NCBI GenBank assembly: GCA_034530875.2
Contig: JAVRCJ020000041.1
Location: 1-57,462 of the forward strand
Reading direction: 5' to 3'
DNA: 57,462 bases
DNA from: Nostoc sp. DedSLP01
Lineage (GTDB): Bacteria > Cyanobacteriota > Cyanobacteriia > Cyanobacteriales > Nostocaceae
Made by a program: the position numbers and the translations under genes. The notes below the pieces were generated by a model. It searched no databases. It was not told where the DNA came from and saw only the letters and a list, made by a program, of their open reading frames with translations. Below, one piece after another: positions 52,567 through 57,462 of this stretch; within the stretch, counting starts at the first letter, position 1; the number at the start of each line of letters is the position of its first letter.

Positions 52567-53442
52567 ATGGGCAGAAATTCAACAATTACAATTGCAGCTA
52601 CTTTAACTTTGGCGATCGCTGGATGTGCTTCTGAAAATCCACCGCAAGCTACCAATCCTGCGCCGATTGCCACAATATCAAAAAAGTCGCCACCAGCGGC
52701 TCAATCATTTAAGAATCCAGTTGTACCTGCCAAACAGGTTTCACAAGTTCCTTCTGCAAGTTTGAGTTTAATTCAATCTACTAATGGTACAGAACGGGCA
52801 AAGGTAATTATGGTAGCAAAAAACCGTAATGACCCGTTTGCACAACTTTTCGGACAGCCAGTTGGTGAAGTGGCTAAAACACCAGGAAAACCTGTTCCGG
52901 TGTTGCCTAAGCTACCTACTGCACCAACCTTAGTCCGAAAACTGCCAACAAGTACCATAGCTTTGAATCAAAAGAAAAATAACATTGCTTTGGTTGCAAA
53001 AGTACCAAAAAAAGTCAATGCTACTTTGACTTCAGTCTTGCCTAAGGTTTTACCTCAAGTTGTACCCAATCCGACTTTAGTATCTGTATTGCCACCAACA
53101 CCACAACCTGAGTTGGCTAAGAAAGTTGTTGTGACTGGTGTAGTTCTGATCGGTAAGGAACCACAAGCAATTATTAAAGTCCCAGATGAGCCAACGAGCC
53201 GCTATGTACAGGCAGGACAGCGATTAGCGAATGGCGTACTCATTAAACGCATTGAAATGAATGGAGGCTCTAATCCAATTGTCATTTTGGAACAATATGG
53301 TATCGAAGTTGCCAAAATGGTAGGGGAAGGGTCTGTCGATTCAACGCCATCAGCTTCAACGCCATCAGCCGCAGCTACTACTGGCGGTCCTATTTCAGTG
53401 ACAACACCCTCCCAAAATTCAGTTAATGTGGGAGCTTCATAA
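52567..53442 (+). CDS. Lipoprotein with Pro-rich linker and C-terminal beta domain (PilP/GspC-HR-like, inferred)
   Basis: Lipobox IAGC, RNDPF motif, VTGVV...QAII...SRYVQAGQRL...IKRI. Confidence 0.7.
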   Translation: MGRNSTITIAATLTLAIAGCASENPPQATNPAPIATISKKSPPAAQSFKNPVVPAKQVSQVPSASLSLIQSTNGTERAKVIMVAKNRNDPFAQLFGQPVGEVAKTPGKPVPVLPKLPTAPTLVRKLPTSTIALNQKKNNIALVAKVPKKVNATLTSVLPKVLPQVVPNPTLVSVLPPTPQPELAKKVVVTGVVLIGKEPQAIIKVPDEPTSRYVQAGQRLANGVLIKRIEMNGGSNPIVILEQYGIEVAKMVGEGSVDSTPSASTPSAAATTGGPISVTTPSQNSVNVGAS

Positions 53443-53445
53443 AAG

Positions 53446-53697
53446 ATGGAGACTAAGGAAAAAATTGAATTCCCTGGTTTGCCTTTAGCAGTTTATCGAG
53501 AAATTGCAGCGCATTTACGTCAAGTGGAAGGGTTAGAAGTGGATTTAATTCCCCAATCCTCCCAAGAGTTTGATTACAATCAAAGTCAAATTGCTGGCTT
53601 AACGCTTTCGTGGACAGCAAAATCTACTTTAGAAAGTCGGCAACGAGCAAACCAAATTTTGGCTTATTATCAAAGTCGCTATATGAATCCTATTTGA
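53446..53697 (+). CDS. Conserved hypothetical cyanobacterial protein
   Basis: LPLAVYREIAAHLRQVEG, FDYNQSQI, ILAYY; starts 3 nt after the previous stop. Confidence 0.75.
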   Translation: METKEKIEFPGLPLAVYREIAAHLRQVEGLEVDLIPQSSQEFDYNQSQIAGLTLSWTAKSTLESRQRANQILAYYQSRYMNPI

Positions 53698-53719
53698 TTT
53701 GTGAAAATTCCAAGCTTCA

Positions 53720-53751
53720 GACTCCCGATTTTTTAAGAAGTCGGGAGTCTT
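53720..53751. repeat. Hairpin within a composite repeat overlapping the upstream stop codon
   Basis: AGACTCCCGA-N-TCGGGAGTCT; preceded by TATGAATCCTATTTGATTTGTGAA, similar to the 8682 element end. Confidence 0.55.
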
Positions 53752-54067
53752 GTTGTTTATGAATCTTTTAGAATTGCGATATTGAGTTTCCAACTCTGGC
53801 ACAACTGGACTTGAAAATCGAAAATCAAGAATTTGTTGAGAACGTCTAACCGGGGGCCAAAAAGCAACGTTATGATTGTTAATGCATTAATCGAGCTTGG
53901 GTCTAATAATTAAGTTGGCACAAATAAACCTTTATACTACAAAGACAGTTAATCGCCTCTGTAGAACAGTCAAAAACCCTTAAACCATAAACTTTGGGCT
54001 ACTGTTACTTAGGTGCTGTATCCAACTAAAATCAGGTGTTGTAAAAATCTCCATAAGGATAATTGAA

Positions 54068-55351
54068 GTGAGTAAGACTAATTCAGATTTTCTGGCCTCC
54101 AGCGATCCGGCGATCGCGGAGTTAATCGACGACGAACTACAACGTCAGCGAGACCATTTGGAGTTGATTGCTAGTGAAAACTTTACCTCTGCGGCTGTAC
54201 TGGCCGCTCAAGGTTCAGTACTGACAAATAAATATGCCGAGGGATTACCCGGTAAACGCTACTATGGCGGTTGTGAGTTTGTTGATAAAATCGAGCAACT
54301 GGCGATCGACCGCGCTAAAGAGCTGTTTGGTGCTGCTCATGCAAATGTACAACCCCATTCTGGCGCACAAGCTAATTTTGCGGTGTTTCTCACCCTGCTG
54401 GAGCCAGGAGACAAAATTATGGGGATGGATTTGTCTCATGGCGGGCATCTCACCCACGGTTCCCCTGTAAATGTCTCGGGTAAGTGGTTCCAAGTTAGCC
54501 ACTACGGCGTCAGCCAACAAACAGAACAACTTGACTACGACGAAATTCGGGAGCTGGCGCTTAGGGAGCGTCCTAAGCTGCTGATTTGTGGTTATTCAGC
54601 TTATCCCCGGATAATTGATTTTGAAAAATTCCGTAGTATTGCTGATGAAGTCGGTGCTTACTTACTTGCCGATATTGCCCACATTGCTGGTTTGGTGGCT
54701 AGCGGCCTTCATCCTAATCCGATTCCTTATTGTCATGTAGTGACAACAACTACCCATAAAACTCTACGCGGGCCGAGAAGTGGTTTAATTTTGACTGGCG
54801 ACGCAGAACTAGGCAAAAAGCTAGATAAATCGGTTTTTCCTGGCAGCCAAGGTGGGCCTTTGGAACATGTAATTGCTGGTAAGGCAGTAGCTTTTGGAGA
54901 AGCGCTCAAACCAGAGTTTAAAACCTATTCTGCCCAAGTAATTGAAAATGCTCGTGCCTTGGCAGAACAATTACAAAATCGCGGCTTAAAGCTGGTGTCT
55001 GGCGGTACTGACAATCATTTAATGCTCGTAGATTTACGCTCTATTGGTATGACTGGTAAGCAAGCGGATCAACTAGTCAGCCGTGTGAATATTACTGCTA
55101 ACAAAAATACTGTTCCCTTCGATCCGCAGTCGCCATTTGTAACTAGTGGTCTGAGGTTAGGTTCCCCAGCAATGACGACGCGGGGCTTAGGAGTAGCAGA
55201 ATTTACTGAGATTGGGAATATTATTGCCGATCGCCTACTTTCTCCAGATTCCGAGGAAGTCGCCCAAGATTGTAAACGACGGGTGGCTGCATTGTGCGAT
55301 CGCTTCCCCTTATACCCTCACCTGGAAATCCCTGTACCAGCATTGGTATAA
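54068..55351 (+). CDS. glyA: Serine hydroxymethyltransferase
   Basis: [33 protein letters not shown]. Confidence 0.97.
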   Translation: MSKTNSDFLASSDPAIAELIDDELQRQRDHLELIASENFTSAAVLAAQGSVLTNKYAEGLPGKRYYGGCEFVDKIEQLAIDRAKELFGAAHANVQPHSGAQANFAVFLTLLEPGDKIMGMDLSHGGHLTHGSPVNVSGKWFQVSHYGVSQQTEQLDYDEIRELALRERPKLLICGYSAYPRIIDFEKFRSIADEVGAYLLADIAHIAGLVASGLHPNPIPYCHVVTTTTHKTLRGPRSGLILTGDAELGKKLDKSVFPGSQGGPLEHVIAGKAVAFGEALKPEFKTYSAQVIENARALAEQLQNRGLKLVSGGTDNHLMLVDLRSIGMTGKQADQLVSRVNITANKNTVPFDPQSPFVTSGLRLGSPAMTTRGLGVAEFTEIGNIIADRLLSPDSEEVAQDCKRRVAALCDRFPLYPHLEIPVPALV

Positions 55352-55366
55352 GGCATAGGGCAAGCA

Positions 55367-55475
55367 GGAGGTGTGGGAGGATGGGGAATAAATCTTTCCC
55401 CCCACACTCCCCACACTTCCCTATCTCCCTCTGCCCCCCTACTCCCCATTCCCCACTCCCTACTCCCTTCCCCAA
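55367..55475. repeat. STRR1-like G/C-run heptamer tract between glyA and cinA
   Basis: GGAGGTGTGGGAGG... then CCCCACACT/CCCCATT/CCCCACT/CCCTACT. Confidence 0.7.
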
Positions 55476-55479
55476 TTCA

Positions 55480-56730
55480 ATGAGTGCAGAAATTATTTGT
55501 GTTGGTACTGAATTGCTATTAGGAGATATCCTCAATGGCAATGCTCAATTTTTGGCGCAACAATTAGCTCAATTAGGTATTCCCCATTACTATCAAACCG
55601 TAGTTGGCGATAATCCAGAACGGTTGAAACAAGTTATAGAAATTGCTATTTCTAGAGCGCAAATTCTGATTTTCACTGGCGGTCTTGGCCCCACGCCAGA
55701 TGACCTCACTTGTGAAACCATCGCTGATTTTTTTCATACTCCTTTGGTAGAACGCCCAGAAATCATTGAAGATATAACCCAGAAATTTGCTCAACGCGGC
55801 CGGGTGATGTCACCAAGTAACCGCAAACAGGCTTTAATTCCCCAAGGTGCAGAAATTTTACCCAACCCCACCGGAACTGCACCCGGTATTATTTGGCAGC
55901 CCCGTCCTAACATTACGATTTTTACCTTTCCCGGAGTTCCCAGTGAAATGCACCCGATGTGGAAAGAAACGGCTGTGCCATTTCTCAAAAGTCAAGGTTG
56001 GGGCAAGGAAATTATTTACAGTCGAAGTTTAAAGTTTTGGGGTATTGGTGAATCTGTTTTGGCGGAAAAGGTTGCTTCTTATTTAAATTTGCAAAATCCT
56101 ACTGTAGCTCCTTATGCAGGGAAGGGAGAAGTAAGATTGCGAGTGTCTGCTAAAGCAAATTCAAAAAGCAAAGCAGAAGCTTTGATTGCGCCTATTGAAA
56201 AACAAATTAAAGAAATTGCTGGATTAGATTTTTACGGTATCAATGATGACAATCTTGCTACCGTCGTCGGCGAGTTGTTGCGTGCATCAAAAGAAACTCT
56301 TGCTGTAGCAGAATCTTGCACTGGTGGTGGAGTAGGGCAAATGTTAACTGAGATTTCTGGGAGTTCTGATTACTTTTGGGGTGGAGTAATTTCTTATGAC
56401 AATTCAGTGAAAGTTAGGCTATTGGGGGTTAACGAGGAAGATTTAGATAAATTTGGGGCGGTAAGTGCTACTGTCGCCGAACAAATGGCAATTGGAGTCA
56501 AAACACGACTTTCAACAACTTGGGGATTGAGTATCACTGGGATTGCCGGGCCAACTGGAGGGACAGACACTAAGCCAGTGGGCTTGGTTTATGTCGGTTT
56601 GGCTGGACCAAACGATGAAGTGGCAAGTTTTGAGTATCATTTTGGTGCTGCACGAGGACGTTCTTTAATTCGCTATGTGAGTGCAAATGCAGCCTTGGAT
56701 AATTTACGACGGAAGTTGTTGACCAGGTAG
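55480..56730 (+). CDS. cinA: Competence/damage-inducible protein A (MCF domain + PncC NMN deamidase)
   Basis: MSAEIICVGTELLLG, GGLGPTPDDLT, AESCTGG, SITGIAGPTGG; ATG at 55480. Confidence 0.94.
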   Translation: MSAEIICVGTELLLGDILNGNAQFLAQQLAQLGIPHYYQTVVGDNPERLKQVIEIAISRAQILIFTGGLGPTPDDLTCETIADFFHTPLVERPEIIEDITQKFAQRGRVMSPSNRKQALIPQGAEILPNPTGTAPGIIWQPRPNITIFTFPGVPSEMHPMWKETAVPFLKSQGWGKEIIYSRSLKFWGIGESVLAEKVASYLNLQNPTVAPYAGKGEVRLRVSAKANSKSKAEALIAPIEKQIKEIAGLDFYGINDDNLATVVGELLRASKETLAVAESCTGGGVGQMLTEISGSSDYFWGGVISYDNSVKVRLLGVNEEDLDKFGAVSATVAEQMAIGVKTRLSTTWGLSITGIAGPTGGTDTKPVGLVYVGLAGPNDEVASFEYHFGAARGRSLIRYVSANAALDNLRRKLLTR

Positions 56731-56826
56731 CAGACACTTGTCATACTAGCGATCGCCTCTGCATTTAGTCCAAAATCAGACTTGACTAACCCTAAATAGG
56801 CTTGGTGAGTAGTTTAAATGGTATAC

Positions 56827-56867
56827 AAAAGCGATCGCATTTTGATGTTGAAATTGCGATCGCTTTT
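56827..56867. terminator. HIP1-containing hairpin, possible bidirectional terminator
   Basis: AAAAGCGATCGCA...TGCGATCGCTTTT. Confidence 0.5.
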
Positions 56868-57016
56868 AGTAAAAATTTCTATCGGTGGAAAAAACCGTCT
56901 GTATTCGAGAGTTTGCCATATATTAGTTTGACTAGCGAAGCAGCCCGCAGAGAGTTACTAATTGCACCAATTTTATTAGATGTTGTTCGCTACACCTGCG
57001 CCCAACTGAGAATTGA

Positions 57017-57107
57017 TACTAAGTTGCGTTCAGAAATAGTATTCCTATTCCCCACTCCCCACTCCCTACTCCCAGCCCAAGTTACTATCTTTGATTGCAA
57101 CTTGGTA
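57017..57107. mobile_element. 91-bp MITE with 3-bp TGA target duplication
   Basis: TGA|TACTAAGTTGCGTTCAGAAATAGTA...TACTATCTTTGATTGCAACTTGGTA|TGA. Confidence 0.85.
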
Positions 57108-57183
57108 TGAATATCCTTTAATTGTTACAGAACAATTAAAAGGTTCCCTTGATTATTATTTGCACGCAGACCGTAAGCTCTTA

Positions 57184-57317
57184 TATCAAGTTCGCTTAAT
57201 TACTTATATAATCTTGAAACACCCCACCCGCCTTACGGCATCCTACCCTTAGCAAGGGGAGGGTTGGGGAGAGGTAACGCGAGGACTGCAATCATAACTA
57301 ATCATCCGAACTTGATA
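57184..57317. mobile_element. 134-bp MITE with 3-bp TTA target duplication
   Basis: TTA|TATCAAGTTCG...CGAACTTGATA|TTA, perfect 11-bp TIR. Confidence 0.88.
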
Positions 57318-57386
57318 TTAGTCGTAGAAGCTAAAAATGCTGATTTGGCAAGAGGTTTTACTCAGCTTGCTGTAGAACTGATTACT

Positions 57387-57462
57387 CTGAAGGGGTGACA
57401 GTAAGGCTATAATGCTGACTGAATAAGCGTCATGGCGCGTAGACCTTTCTGAAAATGAGGTA
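57387..57462. mobile_element. End of an unidentified repeated/mobile element truncating the pseudogene
   Basis: 80% identical inverted copy of 1-77; homology to the nuclease frame ends at its boundary. Confidence 0.7.

Larger units (their letters stand above)
56890..57389 (+). pseudogene. Remnant of a PD-(D/E)XK restriction-endonuclease-fold gene, interrupted by two MITEs and truncated
   Basis: After removing both inserts the frame reads ESLPYISLTSEAARRELLIAPILLDVVRYTCAQLRIEYPLIVTEQLKGSLDYYLHADRKLLVVEAKNADLARGFTQLAVELITL. Confidence 0.8.

Noticed and set aside
55294..55479. 62-aa N-terminal extension of CinA in the ORF track
   Set aside because: Overlaps glyA and is translated STRR; the family N-terminus MSAEIICVG starts at 55480
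77..57387. Whole window as a composite transposon
   Set aside because: Cargo is core genes (ftsZ, psbO, glyA), no transposase is visible, and independent insertions causing contig breaks explain the ends more simply

Overview
Chromosomal segment of a filamentous cyanobacterium, most likely Nostocales. The evidence is abundant HIP1 octamers (GCGATCGC), heptamer STRR tracts, psbO, ndhS, a sigF-type sigma factor and a cyanobacteriochrome. Most of it is core or semi-core genome: crtW, cofG, plsC, a GT2-GtrA plus GT-C glycosylation pair, a Co/Ni ECF transporter (cbiMQO), an SLH porin, an EAL-GAF-GGDEF photoreceptor, a degenerate PEP-synthase-like protein, mrp-rodA-ndhS, uxs-ugd-gshB, ftsQ-ftsZ, psbO, sigF, glyA and cinA. 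Intergenic DNA carries many MITE-like and REP-like elements. Points of interest: (i) a two-gene P-loop ATPase plus inactive-ATPase/TPR/STAND/TM/14xWD40 module; (ii) a porin followed by a secreted repeat protein; (iii) a PilP-like lipoprotein next to sigF; (iv) SigJ/SigF-type GGGAA(T/C)ACT boxes before rodA and the photoreceptor; (v) a nuclease pseudogene hit by two MITEs whose removal restores the frame; (vi) the first and last ~76 nt of the window are 80% identical inverted copies of one unidentified element end, so the window is probably a whole contig broken at repeats. No rRNA, tRNA or CRISPR array was seen.
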